A DNA stretch of 64,000 nucleotides from assembly GCA_010405405.1 (NCBI GenBank), contig MU004237.1:162191-226190 (forward strand), given 5' to 3'. The notes under the pieces are model-generated. The model saw only the letters and a program-made list of their open reading frames with translations, made no database searches and had not been told where the DNA came from. Below, in pieces: positions 25,701 to 38,377 of this stretch. This DNA comes from Microthyrium microscopicum (Eukaryota). The position numbers and the translations under genes are program-made. The first letter of the stretch is position 1, and each line of letters opens with the position of its first letter.

Positions 25701-28700
25701 AAGGTAAGACTAAGGAATTAATGTACTTTATGTATATTCTTAGGTATAGGCTAGGACTTAATTAAGGTAGTCTTTTCGTGTAAGGGTTAGATTTGCTAAC
25801 CTTCTACTTTATAGCTATAGAATTTAATCTTCTTAACCTTAAAGATGTATTTATTAGGATGAGCGTAGAGCTTATTGTCTTAGAGGATCTTTAGAACTTA
25901 GGTAATATGCTTATAATATTCCTTTATAGTATCTAAGTAAATAATAATATTGTCTAGGTAAATAACTATATAGGTTGATAGGAAGGGCTAGAGAAGTATA
26001 TTTATTATACGTTAGAAGAATAATGGTATATTTATTAATTTAAAAGGCATAATAAGGAACTTATACTTTCTAGACTTAGTGTTAAAGGCTATTTTCTTAA
26101 TATCTTTTTCTACTATGTAGACTTGCTAATAGCTTGATAAGAGGTTAAGCTTAGAGAAGAATCTTGCTCTACTAATAGTGTTAAGATACTTATTAATTTG
26201 TAGTAAGGGATAAGTGTTCTTACGCGTAACTATGTTAAGTAGATAGTAGTTAATATATATTCTTTATTTTCCTCCTAGCTTTAGTATAAATAGGATAGAG
26301 AAACTTTAAGGACTTCTTAAGACTTTAATAAGTTCTTTAGTAAGTAGTTCTTAAATTTGCTTTTCTTACTCTTTTAGTTATAGGCTAGATGTTTGATAAT
26401 AAGCCTAGTTATGAGGAGGGGCGTCTTTTATAAGGATTTCGTAATTAAACTTAGAGTGTAGGAGGAGTTTAGGAAGGGTATAATGAAAGGATCTATAGTG
26501 ATTATTTAAAAGTTTCTATATGCCTTTATCTTCTAGAGCAAGTTTGTTAATATTAAGGTTATTAATTATTAAGAGGATGTTAGGCTATTTCTATATTCTA
26601 TGAATTAGCTAAAGAACGCCCTTAACTTTGTCCCCTACTCTTTTTACCTTATTTTAAAGTACTTAGAAGATTGTATAGAGAGAGCTAGCTATAAACTGCT
26701 CTATTTGTTTTAGGTAGCTTCCCTTATTTTGAAGAGGCTCTGCCTAGCGTCTTATAGCAAGCTTGTAAGTGTATAGGCTCCCTAAGCGTTGCTCTATAAG
26801 CTTAATTTGTTTTATTATCTAATTAATCTATGGATTATATAACTAGAACTATGAGAGTCTAAAAATAACGTTAAGATTAGGGATGTTTAGGATATAAGCC
26901 TTAAAGTGGCTATAAAAGGTCTTAATATAATAAGGTAAGTAAATCTTAAAGGAAGTTATAACTATGTAGCTATTTGTAAGAGTAACTTCTTTCTTTAGGA
27001 TAGGTATTATAGGAGCTTTGAGTTTCTTAACGATCTTTTAACTAATATAAATAGAGTTGGCTTCTAAGTCTAGGAGAGCTATAGTCTTAATAGAATAATT
27101 TTTATAATATAAGTAAATAAGTAGATGTAAGAGAGTATCACTATGTCTACTTGTATAGTTAAGGAAAGCTTATTAATTATTATATAGATAAGTAGGGTAT
27201 TCTAGTTTTAAGCTAGAAGATTTTTGTTTATCTTTTAGTGATAGTAGTTTTTTGAACCTTATTATCACTAGTTAGGCTTTTTATAATTTATGGCGTAGTG
27301 GCTAAGTTTACTATAATTCTAGTACTTAAGTTTAGAGTTATTTATAAGAGCTTTCCTGCCTTTAGAGTCCTTTTTATGAGAGGGCTATAACTTCTTGTTG
27401 GAGTTAAATTTCTTAGAGCGTTAAGTATTATGTTATCCTCTAGGATAGTAACTATAGTTATTTATAGTATTAAGCTGCCCTAAATTTTTGTTGTCTAACT
27501 TAAGCTTATTATTAGTATAGCTTTTATTATTAACTTCCTTAAGATATTCCTTAGAACTAGTGTTTAGAGTAGGCTTTTTGTTTTCCTTAAAACTAGAAGA
27601 GATTTTATTAAGCTACCTTAGCCTATAAGCGTTATAAGTATTGCGCGCGTTTTTGTAGGAGTCTATATTATATTTAATAATCTCTTATTTAAAGGCTAAA
27701 ATGTTAACTATAGGGTTAAGAATAGTACTATGTTTATGCTTAGCCTTAAGGGTAACTTGTTCTTTAAGGCTTCCTTAGATTTAGATACCTATTTTGTAAT
27801 TAGTAGGCATAGGATTTATTTAAGTCTATAGGATATAAAGATAATAGATAAATTTCTTAGTGGATGAAACCTATGATGTATAATCTTACTAGATACTAAC
27901 TTTAAGTATGTCTTTTTTGATACTAAACATAGGTTAAAAGTAGGTAAAGAAGTAAGATAAACTTTTAAGTATCTTAAACTCCTTTATAGCCTATTATTAG
28001 GCTAAGTTAGCCTATAGGAGACATTGCTTAATAGAGAGATATTCTCTAACCTTAGTAATTTTCTATTACTTAGGTAGGGTAGAATCTAATAGGAGAATAT
28101 CTTTACTAGCCTTAAAGGTATAAAGGAGGCTCTTAGTCTAGGTATTATACTTGCTTAGTTTCTTAGAGAACAAACTATTAAGAGGCATCTTAAACTTAGT
28201 TAAATGTTGTCTTTGTTCCTAAGGAATATTCCTTGTTATCTTAATAAGTTTTTAGGGACTAAAAGTTTAGAAGAGTAATTTAATAGTCTTATCTAACTTC
28301 TTGCTTAGCTTTCTTATAAGGTTTAGGTAAGTAATACTTATTTATAAAGTTTCTTAGGTTAAAGCCTATGTCTAGGCATAAGCCTTAATTTTATTTATTT
28401 AGTAATCTTAGGTATGTAGGGCAAACTTACTTACGTTAAGGTGAGAGGTTAATTTAGTAATATGATTTATTATCTTTTACTACTAAGTATATTAGACGTC
28501 TTCTATAGGTTTAGGGCTATGATCTTATTTACTTTGCTTATTAGTGGTAGGGTAAAATAATGCTCCCTAGGGAGGAATAGGCCTATTTATAGACTGCTAA
28601 TTTCTATTATTATTACGTTAGAAAGTTTAGTTATGAGCCTAAGGAACGTAGTTAGGTCCTTTAGGAGTATAGTTCTAAGCCTAGGAGGGAGTTTGTAGTT

Positions 28701-28920
28701 TAGTAGGAGGATAGTTAATAGTTTAGGGATTAACTTAATACGTATTAGTAGAATAGTTTAGGGCTTAGGGCCCTAATTGCTAAACGTTAGCAACTTAAGT
28801 TATAAGGTTAGGACTAGGATTTAGTATACTAGGAAGGTTGTTTAGTAATATAGGAGTAAGTTACTCGTCCTAAGGACCTAGGTTAGTAACTTAAGCTTAG
28901 TATTATGTCTGTTAGGTATT
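22770..28920 (-). pseudogene. RIP-degraded gag-pol; boundaries approximate
   Basis: Zinc knuckle Y*NYSKLSHYAINY (from CWNCGKLGHYAMDC) at about 27285-27325. Protease ALLDLEA at about 27060-27080. RT YPLLQI, LIMPFKL and VIYLDNIIIY (about 25940-25970). RNase H NYSVYEKELL at about 25355-25385. Integrase YNP*SNKKIKRFN at about 24275-24312 and *FSPYKV (from WFGPY) at about 23835-23855. Confidence 0.88.
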
Positions 28921-29619
28921 TTATCCTATAGCTTAGGTTATAATGTTATTATGCTAGTTATTTATTTTGGTAAAGAGGGGTAATGATTTTAATAAAGGGT
29001 ATAATCTTAGTAAGGTAGGGGAAGAGTCTTAAAGTCTAGAAGTTTTTATACTAAAGTTAGTTAGATAGAATCTAGAGTTAGGAGATTATTTTAAGGTAGA
29101 TTTTTATACTTTCTTAGTATAGATAAGATCTTAATCTAATTTCTTAAGATGACCTAAGGCTAAGAGTCTACGTTGTTACTTATTAGCTTTAATCTATGTA
29201 GTAAAGTTTCTATAACGTTATCCTAAGGGATTTTCTAAGGAGAAGTTCTTATGTTTTGTCTAATGGCTGCATGATTGACGTAGCAAAGGTTAATAGGGAT
29301 AAGGAGGGTATTATTATAAGAGAGATAATTCTTATAATATATTTAATGATCCTTAAAGTAGTAGTTTAAATTAAAGATAATTTAAGACATTTTTAGGATA
29401 TATTATAGTAGGGAATATTATTGTGTGTAAATCCTAAGAATCGTTTCTTAATATATAGTTGCTAGGTATTAGGCTATAATAAGGCTAGCTAATTAGGGGA
29501 TGATATTCTTAGAGTATATCCTGCTAGATATTAATCCTAAGTAATTATTAATAATAAGGTGAATCTAGGGATTCCTATAAGAGGTCTATCATCTAGAGGT
29601 CTTAATTAAATTAAATTAT

Positions 29620-29629
29620 TGCTACTAGA
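29620..29629 (-). other. Putative primer-binding site (minus strand TC-TAGTAGCA, RIP-derived from TGGTAGC, initiator-tRNA-Met type)
   Basis: It lies 2 nt inside the 5' LTR and needs one G-to-A reversion. Confidence 0.45.
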
Positions 29630-29781
29630 TGTTGTAAGAATATAAGAAATAAAGCGTGGTTAATTACTATGGGAGTCTAAGGGCCTAATATAGTTTTTAG
29701 GACACGCTAATTAGGGGATTATGTTATCCCTAATTAGGTCCTACGATTATCTAATCCCTTGGCATGTTCTTTATCATAACA
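29630..29781 (-). repeat. Right (5') LTR, 152 bp
   Basis: Canonical TGTT...AACA termini are intact and are followed by the TSD ATACC. Confidence 0.95.
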
Positions 29782-30409
29782 ATACCCTTAACGAAAGTGG
29801 AAGCTAGAGTAGGGAAGGTAGCCGAGTTTCGAAAAATCCATTGAACTTGACTATATCTTCTTGATCACACCAAATAGTGCAAAGTAACCTCATTTGACCT
29901 CTTTCTCTTGACCATAGTTGCACTCGCCAGAGCCAAGGATATCTAGTAGCCAGTTTCGGGCTTCAGGATCAGTACCTAAACCGTACGGGAGAAGCTCCCA
30001 TCAGATGCGGTGTCTGCCAGAGCAATCGCCGGAGAAACGCGCCTCTAATTCCCATAGATTTTATGAGGTGCCCTGTGAAACTCTGAGAACGATACATTCG
30101 AAATCCTGCTCCTTTTGAATTTCGCAACAGACAGTATAGTCGAAAATCGTGTATTTCCCCAGCTTAGCAATATGTAAAACGTAAGAAAGACAAAGGACTG
30201 CGACACATTCTGCAAGTGGTCGAATAAGCGTTAAGCATAGCATGACTCTCAGATGACCACACTGGATAGCAATGTCGGTTTCATGGGAACATATCATATA
30301 CATATCTATTTATATTTTCTTGCCTTTGCTAAGAGCCTTGGGTGAACTAAGCCCATGCGTGCCGCGTCTAACTCAATAAGCGGTCCTTATTTCAAAAGTC
30401 CTAGAGGAC

Positions 30410-31645
30410 TTATTTGATCTTTCCAGCCTTTTTGAAAATTTCCGCAGGTCCATAACAGTAGCTCGTGAAGCCCTCGATCGCACTGATATCGTACATCGAG
30501 GTCTTAGTTCGCTTGATTCTTTCCACGACCTCATTACAATGCCTCTCCCATTGGAGCAACGCGGTTTTGAAGAAATCCGTCCCATTTGGGCGAAGTTCAA
30601 CTCCATGTTTCCAACTTCCGTAGAGAAGCTCGAGCTCCAATCTTGTTTTTGAGCATGCGTCAGAAATCGCAATATGTTTGCAGTGGACGTCAATTTTAGC
30701 TTCCATTTCAAAAACCTCCAGAAGCCCAATGATGTTTGATATGGGTTGTAGAATCTCTTCTTCGCGGCTGCGATAAGCAGGAGGCTCGGGGGAGGGGTCG
30801 ATCTCAGGCTGATTGTTTAAAGGTGAGCTGCTATCTATTTGGCTTGGATCCATGTTCGATGGGTCACTGTGTAGCGGAGGCAATTTTCCAAGTGCTTCAG
30901 TTGCCTCTTGAGCGAGATCTGGATGCCATATAGCTGCAGCTTCCCGAATTTCTTGAAGTCCTCTTCTGTATGATGAATCGTTGTTGGTGCTATCCTTGCT
31001 CTTGGAATGCTCCAAAAACACAGCCGGACTATTCTTTGCATATCTACTGACGAAGTCCCGAGCCATCAACGACCTCAGGTATGGTCCAACAGGAGTGAGT
31101 TTTGCCAGCTTTACATTAAAGCTGTAGAACATACTGACAAAGAATGGCAATTTCTTATGGTCGCAACAAGTCCAGAAAACTCGCTTCTTATTGTCCTTGA
31201 CTTTTTGCTCTGTCATTTCGGTTTTCCAGTATCCATACGCCTCATCACTGATCAGCATGCCCGTTCTCGCTATTTGCATCTGTTGTTCGGCGGTATGTTC
31301 ATCAATGGTGGAAATTCCATGTTTCATGAGTTCTGGATTGGTGAGCAGTCGCTTCAATTCCACGAGAGTCTCGGATATGGCCTTTTGTGTCTTTGAAACT
31401 TCAGCCGTGAGGCGGGAATCCAGGATTTTCGATCCCTCAAAGCTGATGAGGCCTGTTCGAATACCCCAGTGGCGGAAGATACACCGTTCTAGTTGGAGCT
31501 TTGCTTGTAAAGATTTGCAGTCCGTGCTGCAGTTCGCATTTGGTATTGAATATGCCCAGTTCTCTAGACAACAGTCAAAGAGGGCAGTGGTGCTATTAGA
31601 GCTTGGAGAAAAAGCGCCACCGAAGATCGATTTGATGGAAGCCAT
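30410..31645 (-). CDS. HeLo (HET-S N-terminal, prion-inhibition/propagation) domain protein with an unknown C-terminal domain; 411 aa, intronless
   Basis: LFDCCLENWAY...DCKSLQAKLQLERCIFRHWG, KKRVFWTCCDHKKL..FV..FN.KL..LTP and LQEIREAAAIWHPDLAQEA parallel the HET-s/HET-S HeLo blocks as recalled (LFNNCVDCFEY...RLSRWG; KKTAWALYDGKSL; LKDAAGGIDAAMSDAA). Confidence 0.8.
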   Translation of the reverse strand: MASIKSIFGGAFSPSSNSTTALFDCCLENWAYSIPNANCSTDCKSLQAKLQLERCIFRHWGIRTGLISFEGSKILDSRLTAEVSKTQKAISETLVELKRLLTNPELMKHGISTIDEHTAEQQMQIARTGMLISDEAYGYWKTEMTEQKVKDNKKRVFWTCCDHKKLPFFVSMFYSFNVKLAKLTPVGPYLRSLMARDFVSRYAKNSPAVFLEHSKSKDSTNNDSSYRRGLQEIREAAAIWHPDLAQEATEALGKLPPLHSDPSNMDPSQIDSSSPLNNQPEIDPSPEPPAYRSREEEILQPISNIIGLLEVFEMEAKIDVHCKHIAISDACSKTRLELELLYGSWKHGVELRPNGTDFFKTALLQWERHCNEVVERIKRTKTSMYDISAIEGFTSYCYGPAEIFKKAGKIK

Positions 31646-32868
31646 CGTATATTGTCGTATCAGAGGGTTCTGGACTTCTGGGAGTTGAGGAGGGATGTGT
31701 GGAAATAGTAGTCCAACAGCTAGCTATAACTCTGCCTTTAATAGCTCTGAAGTTATGGCGATTGGGGCCGAATTGACGATAACCAGAGAATGTTGATATC
31801 TCAACCATGGGTAGATAGCAGTTACGGGACCATAGAGCTTTGTGAAACCTGCTGTGGCGTTGCATAGGTCATTTACTCGGTACTCTAGCGATGGAGTCTT
31901 CTCAATTTGCTTTGAAACTCGAATGCTATTGGTAGATGCTCAGCCTAGCGTATCCAATATTTTGCCGATACAGAAGCAGCAAATTTTCAGATCACATATG
32001 TTACTTAGTATATCATTCTGCTTGGATTTCTAACTATAACTTTCTACCAAAATCGTTTATCACTCGATCTTGGTGGGAGATGTATCAGGCTATTCGTGAA
32101 GTATGCCATCGAATATCGGGGCTACCTCCAAACAAACCACACATCACTGACATCTTATATAATAACTATATCTCCTCTCTGCTTTGAAAAGAGCCTGAGC
32201 AATGTATGAATAATCATTGTACGAAAAGTTGAAAATAAAGCTATCAAAGGAATTAGCCCAGCTGGGCGACATGATATGTCAGGCGCTCCCATCAAACAAT
32301 ACAAGGTCTCTGCCATTGCGCTCTTTCGAAGAATATACTTTGACCTCCAAAAGTATTCGATGCAAAGTCAAACATTTTAGGCATTGGAGATAAAGAACCT
32401 GAAGATTTGCCACTAATTCTGTGCCACGCTTGAGGCCTTCAGAGTCACTACAGGTACATGACTAAACCTTCTAAACTACGGCAATTGCCACTACTCCCAC
32501 TCAATACCCGGTCGCATTATTCGTTAAATTAAACTCTACAAATGATCGTGGAGACAGACCAGACCTCCCAGCAGCAAAAACCCAGGAAACTAGGGTAAAC
32601 TAGTCTCTATACATATACTCTAGATTGATATCGACAGACAGATTAATTACCACCACCCTTAAGATACCCTATCACATTTCGCAACTCAAGCCCTTTCCAC
32701 AACAAACGCCGTACTCCGTCCCCAGTATAGCACTGATAGCACAGTACTTTTTAGCTCCCCCATACCTTGAACTAAAAAGTACAATGCAGACAAACGTTTG
32801 TACATAGATTTATACACACTCTCCTTTAGTCACTCCATTTTCGGTTCGATACAGTTCGATCAATCAAC

Positions 32869-33806
32869 ATGAAGCTCAGCATCTTCGCCTTCGCAGCCAG
32901 CGTCACAGCCCAAGGAACGCACTACCTCTACGGACCCCAATGGGGCTGGTACAGCATGAAAACAAGCGGCTTCATAACCGAGCTGGAAACGACACTTCTC
33001 CCGAATGCGCCGCCCAGTCCAGCGCAGACGAGATTGGCGATTTGGCCAGGCATGAATACGGCGAGGGGATTGATTCAGCCGATTATCGTGTCTTCCGATG
33101 AAGCTTTATTTCAAGGAGCGTAAGTATAGCCTATGATTTTGGGGAGATATCTTGCTGATGTGGAGTGTGTTGTAGGGGATGTGGTGGCGCGACGAAGAGC
33201 CAGTGGTGTGTGTTTGCTAGTATGATTACGAGTACGCAGAAGGCTGGGAAGAGGGTTCCTATGAATGGCAATGATGCGCTGAATATGAGATGTGAGTTGA
33301 CAAGGTGTGAGATGGGGGTTTGAACTGATGGGGAATAGTCAAGTGGAATGAGACGTTGGGCGGGTATAATCAGTGGCTTTCTATCAAGGGAAAGGTCGTT
33401 TCGGAGTTACATATGGGTGAGTACTCCATCCCAAATCTTGACATTGCTCCTAACAGTATGAAGCTACCGGAAAAGCTAAGAGCTTCTACATCGACACCGA
33501 GTGCCAGGCAGCGCATAAAGGAACGGTCAACAACCATAGTAAGCCTCTCTCATATAGACTGAGACCCAATGACTGACACGGCGACCAACAGCATACACCG
33601 ACACCAAATTCACACTCTCCGAACCTGCACCCGGTCTCGATAAACAAATCACAATGCATTACCTTGCCTGCGCCGACTCAGTCACTTCATCAGATGGCGG
33701 CAAGTCATGGACAATCCCCAACATCAAAGTCGAAAAGAGCGAAGCGCCCAAACAATACGCCACTTCCGCCAAAGTCGGAGCAGCAGGTGGAATATGTGGA
33801 AAGTAG
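32869..33806 (+). CDS. Secreted protein, 5 exons; predicted beta-sandwich, distantly G1 glutamic-peptidase/ConA-like
   Basis: Signal peptide MKLSIFAFAASVTA. Four canonical introns keep the frame. Motifs LAIWPGMN, LIQPII, QWCVFAS, DTEC and DGGKSWTIPNI. Confidence 0.8.
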
Positions 33807-34005
33807 ATAACATAGAATTAGCGTAAGCTTCAATACACATATACACATACTACAACGGACGGATGTGACAACTTGTGTGACCCGAGTCGCTTTGCTGGCC
33901 CCAGTACTCTGGTTCCCGTCGATTGCATCGAGAAGATAAGCAGTCTCATTTTGAAAAGTGTGTGATAGTAGCCACCCGAGCTGCCTGGAGCATGCCAAAC
34001 ATCTA

Positions 34006-35191
34006 CTACTTCAACTCTGGGCTATCGCCAAAGCACTTTGCCATCATCTTGGGTGGATATCTCGCGCCCTTTCCACCGCCTGCTTTCTCAATCTCACTCC
34101 TGATCTTCTGCACATCTTCATCAGACAGCTTAACATCCGTCGCCTTGGCATTCTCTTCCAAATACTTCCGTCTCTTCGTGCCAGGAATAGGAATAAAGTC
34201 CTCTCCCTGCGCCAAAATCCACGCAAGCGTAAGCTGACTCGGCGTAACCTTCTTCTCCTCCGCAATGCTAGCCAACGTCTTCACGAGCTCCAAATTCTGC
34301 GGGAAATTCGTCTCGTCGAATCGTGGATGGTTGAGTCGATTGTCGCCCTTATCAAAATCATCCCGCGAATTGATCGTGCCAGACAAGAAGCCCCGTCCAA
34401 GAGGTGAATACGCCACAATCTTAACGCCCAATTCCCTTGCAGCTTTGAGAAGACCGATCTGCTCACTCTCAATTTCCAGCGCAAACGGCGAGTATTCCAT
34501 CTGAATTGCCGCGATCGGATGGACTTTATGTGCCCTTCTCAATGTCCGCTCTGAACACTCACTCAACCCCAAATATCGAATCTTCCCCTCTTTCTTGAGT
34601 TCTGCCATGGCGCCGACGGTCTCTTCGATGGGCACGGTGTCGTCTACGCGGTGCTGGTAGTATAGATCGATGACATCGACACCGAGACGTTCGAGGGACC
34701 CGGCACATGCTTCGTGGACGTAGGCGGCGTCGCCTTTGACGGTGGGATTGCCGTTGGCATCGCGACAGTTGCCGAATTTCGTGGCGAGGAAGATTTCGGA
34801 GCGCTTTCCAGTCTCTTTGAACCATTTACCTAGGAGACGTTCGTTGGTGTGAGGGCCGTATATGTCGCTTGTGTCCCACTGGCGGACTTGAGTTAGTGAG
34901 GGTGATCATGCCAGTGGTACTGCTGGTAGAGTAGAGATGAATCTTGTTGTTGCGGAGCTGACAAAACTCAAAGCCTCGTCCCGAAGCTCGACGACACACG
35001 ACGTGGAGTATTTCAAGTAAACTTACAAATGTTATACCCAAATCCAACGCAGCACTAAGCGTCTTCAGCGATTCTTCGTCATCGTAGCCTCCAAAGCTCG
35101 TGTAAGCCTGGGACATGCCCATGCAGCCCAATCCTTGAGCAGAGACATTATCATCGCCGATTTTACGCTGGGGATAGGTAGCAGGAGCCAT
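34006..35191 (-). CDS. Aldo-keto reductase (yakc/AKR13-like), 2 exons
   Basis: QGLGCMGMS, WDTSDIYG, IFLATKFG, IDLYYQHRVD, YLGLSECS, AYSPLGRG and PIPGTKR. Confidence 0.93.
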
Positions 35192-35977
35192 TTTGGAAAT
35201 AGCAAATAGTGTATTGAATAAGTTTCAGAAACCGGCTCGTCTGTCAGCGGGGAAGTCGTCTTGTATGGAGGACGAGGAGCTCTTAGCGATCTCGGAGTCC
35301 GAATGTCTCTATTACATGACTTCTCGCCGCGAACTGAGGGTCAGCACTCGGGAATAGTGCTTGAAACCGAAGTTTATAGATGAACCAGTTGATCTCTTCC
35401 CGATCTCGCATACATTAGTCTGGCTGTTCTGGACGCGGAACGTGATGTCGTTGATTGTTGCTAACCCTATTGTCTTGATGCATCATCACCAACTTCGCTG
35501 AAACAGCTACCTGGCAAGATTCGCTCAGCAGCGGAATGGCGGGGTAAGCTGATTGAATGTTTGCCCACTGATCGTAAAAGACTTTGACTGCGTGCTTGAA
35601 CTTGCTCAACACTCAACAAGGAGTCATCCATGGATGTTGAACAGTATGGCCCTTGCTTCTGTGTTGAAAACAGTCAGATGTGATTGCAACATGCTCGCCA
35701 TGAGATGTTAAAGTTGACGCGTCTGGAAGCAATAGCTTCATGCTTGCGAAACGCACTGAATTGAAAAAATAGAAAAACATCACGATGAAGAAGAAGAGAT
35801 TTGTGTTTGTCAAGAACTGACAACCTAGGGAGTTACCAATAGGTTTGATGCATTTGAGTATCTAAGAGCTATATCGCCCATCCCGATTCGTAACCCGTCA
35901 AAACGCCGGGTTCCATGAGCTCATTAATTCCCCACCACCCATGTGTAGTCGAGGAAGTTTGTTGGTGGAAGAGGAGT

Positions 35978-36346
35978 TTAGATCGACTCCTTGTTTGCCT
36001 TTGCGGCGGAGTCGTGCTTGGTCTCGTCGATCTTGTGGCCGGCGGCGTTGAGAGCACCAGAGGCACGTCCGGTGAGGGAAGAGTCAGCTCCGTGACCCTT
36101 GGCCTTCTCCTTCTCGGCCTCCTTTTGGGCTTCGGCTGATGAGCCTTGGACCTTTTCGGAGACGTACTTGATGATTTGTTAGCAATGAGTTGATGGTGAA
36201 GGACGATGAACTGAGCTTACCTGAGCAGCGTTGTTGATGCTGTTACCGATCTGGCCGACGATGCCCTCATTTGGCTTCTATATGATGTTAGTTTAGTCTT
36301 CTCTGCGTGCGAAAGGGAGGACAACATCAACGTTTGGTGCAGACAT
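35978..36346 (-). CDS. Small hydrophilic glucose-repressible protein (Grg1/ccg-1-like), 3 exons; absent from the ORF track
   Basis: Spliced translation MSAPN..KPNEGIVGQIGNSINNAAQ-YVSEKVQGSSAEAQKEAEKEKAKG...LTGRASGALNAAGHKIDETKHDSAAKANKESI*, which matches the Grg1 pattern NAA.YVS.KVQG...KEA.K..AK...R......DK..E.KH. Confidence 0.85.
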
Positions 36347-38377
36347 TTTGATGTGTAGGTTGGTTTGGTTTTGGTTGGTAAGTGTTTGTGAAAGTGGATT
36401 GGATTGGAAAATTTGATGGATTGTGGATGATGAAGAAGAAGTGGTTGGAGAGGAAGAGATGCAGAGGCTTTATACCACATGAAAGACGCCAAAAGATGGT
36501 CTGGTGGATGGCGCCTTCTCTTTGGATTGCTTTGACTGACGTCACAGTGTTGATGTCTTGAGCTTTCAAGGGCCCATCAAGGGCTCAAGGAACTCTCCAG
36601 TCTCATGTCGTGAAAGAAGTCGGCGCTATGACAACGGCAGGTCCTATTGGATACCCAGGTAAGCACCCGCCCTCAATTGCCATTATTATTTTGATTATTT
36701 GCACATGACGGTCTCAAACTCCCTGAGAATGCGCTTTGTGGACTAGGCAACAGCTAATTGATCCAATAACAGCTCTCCAGAGCCTCCACAATCAAGACGC
36801 TTGAGCACGTCAGGCTGTGCTCTTCCGATGTTTGAATCTTCATTCCAAACAAACCCTCAGCGGGGTGAGGAAAGCTCAACTTTCAACTGATTTTCTTTGT
36901 TCCAAACGACTGACGTATGAAACTCGTACCTCAATACTACTTGCTTTCTTCACTTGTTGTTTTCCATATCTTTCTTTCCTATCAAACAAAATCGAAAAGA
37001 TCAAAGCCCATCGTGATTGCCATCATCAAAGATTGCACCTTCCGCATGCGGTCCAATGCGGGGCATTCCTTCCCAAACTTTGCCATGACATCATTCTATC
37101 TTCTCTACCCTTGTCAAACGCTCGGTCCAAGAGGGGCCAGAACCCTGGACCCTCGCCGCACGCGCTTTGACCACACCTTAATTGCTCGTTGATGCTTGTA
37201 TGATTGACGTCACTCATCGAGATTTTGTACTTCCATCGAAACTGCAAGCGGATAGAATGCGGTAGCGGCCAACGATCTGTCCACAACATCAGAATCGCAA
37301 TCTACCCGCAAACCCTCAGCCGCACTCGATCCAGCTAACCTACATGGCTTGTCCTCGGTCTTTGGGCAGCAACAAATGGTCTCATCCCAGCGCCAATGAG
37401 GAGCTCCAGGTTCTTGATCACGAGCCCAACCAGAAAAGCTGCAAAGTCTGTCGGCATGACTTGAAAAGGTATAGATCGATTTTGACGGATTGAGCTTTTT
37501 TCTACTCCTAGACTGTGCATATATGCCTCGTCTTGATGCTTCTGCCTTGTTTCAGTTCCATTTCTGGCATTCTAGACTAGCATTGTTGCGGATTATCTCG
37601 GACATGGAGCAGGTCGGATGCAAGTGACGGATCAAGACAATTTCCACTTCTGCCTTGAATCGACGATGCCCTGCTTTGGGCGCATTGTGACCTCTTCTCT
37701 CCCATGGTGAACTCTTCTGTCCTTCAAGTACTGTTTTCCAAAACAGATTTCTCGAGGCATATGAGAACAGATTTGAGGACTCCCACAGAAGGCGAACCTG
37801 TAGATGATGCATTCAGAGCACACGTACCTGAAGATCATTTTCAACTGGCCTGCAATCTGTGAGACATACAGCGAAATCATCCGTTTCCAAGCTTTGACCT
37901 TTATTGATGGGCGTATGGGGTACATACAGTAATGCATCTTCTATTCAGCCACCGCTATATCGGTCCATGGGCTTGCTCGTTTGCTTTTGTCACCCATTTT
38001 GGCGGGCATCTGGTATGCCTCAGTCGTTTCGAAAATATCCTGGACGCATGAAGTCTCAAGACGATCAAATTGATGTGCCTTATTCCAATTCTTCATGTCT
38101 ATAGCGCAAGAGCTCCAGGAAAGGCTTTGGGATACCATGAATAAATACGCTTGGCTTGGCTAACACATCATACGCTGTTGGTAGTGAAGAGCGCCAGCAG
38201 CAACAAGGTGTAGCGGCATTGATAGGTAGTCCGCGATGCTCCATTGGAAGCAACAACCGCAGCAACATGGACAGAACTCGGAAAGCTTGTCTGAATTGCA
38301 TCAGCCAACGCGGGTGTTGGGAACCGCAAAGTTAAATTCCAAAGGCATCTTCGCCTGCTTCTTCTCTTCCGCGTCAA

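Larger units (their letters stand above)
20180..29781 (-). mobile_element. Full-length Ty3/gypsy LTR retrotransposon (9602 bp), heavily RIP-mutated, probably non-chromoviral
   Basis: Two 152-bp LTRs and a 5-bp TSD ATACC (20175-20179 and 29782-29786). The sequence is very AT- and TpA-rich and has no ORF of 60 aa or more. Minus-strand remnants run in the order gag zinc knuckle, PR, RT, RNase H, IN. A purine tract lies next to the left LTR. Confidence 0.95.

Noticed and set aside
20180..29781. Mitochondrial insertion, foreign AT-rich DNA or alternative genetic code
   Set aside because: LTRs, TSD, gag-pol remnants and TpA excess explain it as a RIPed retrotransposon.
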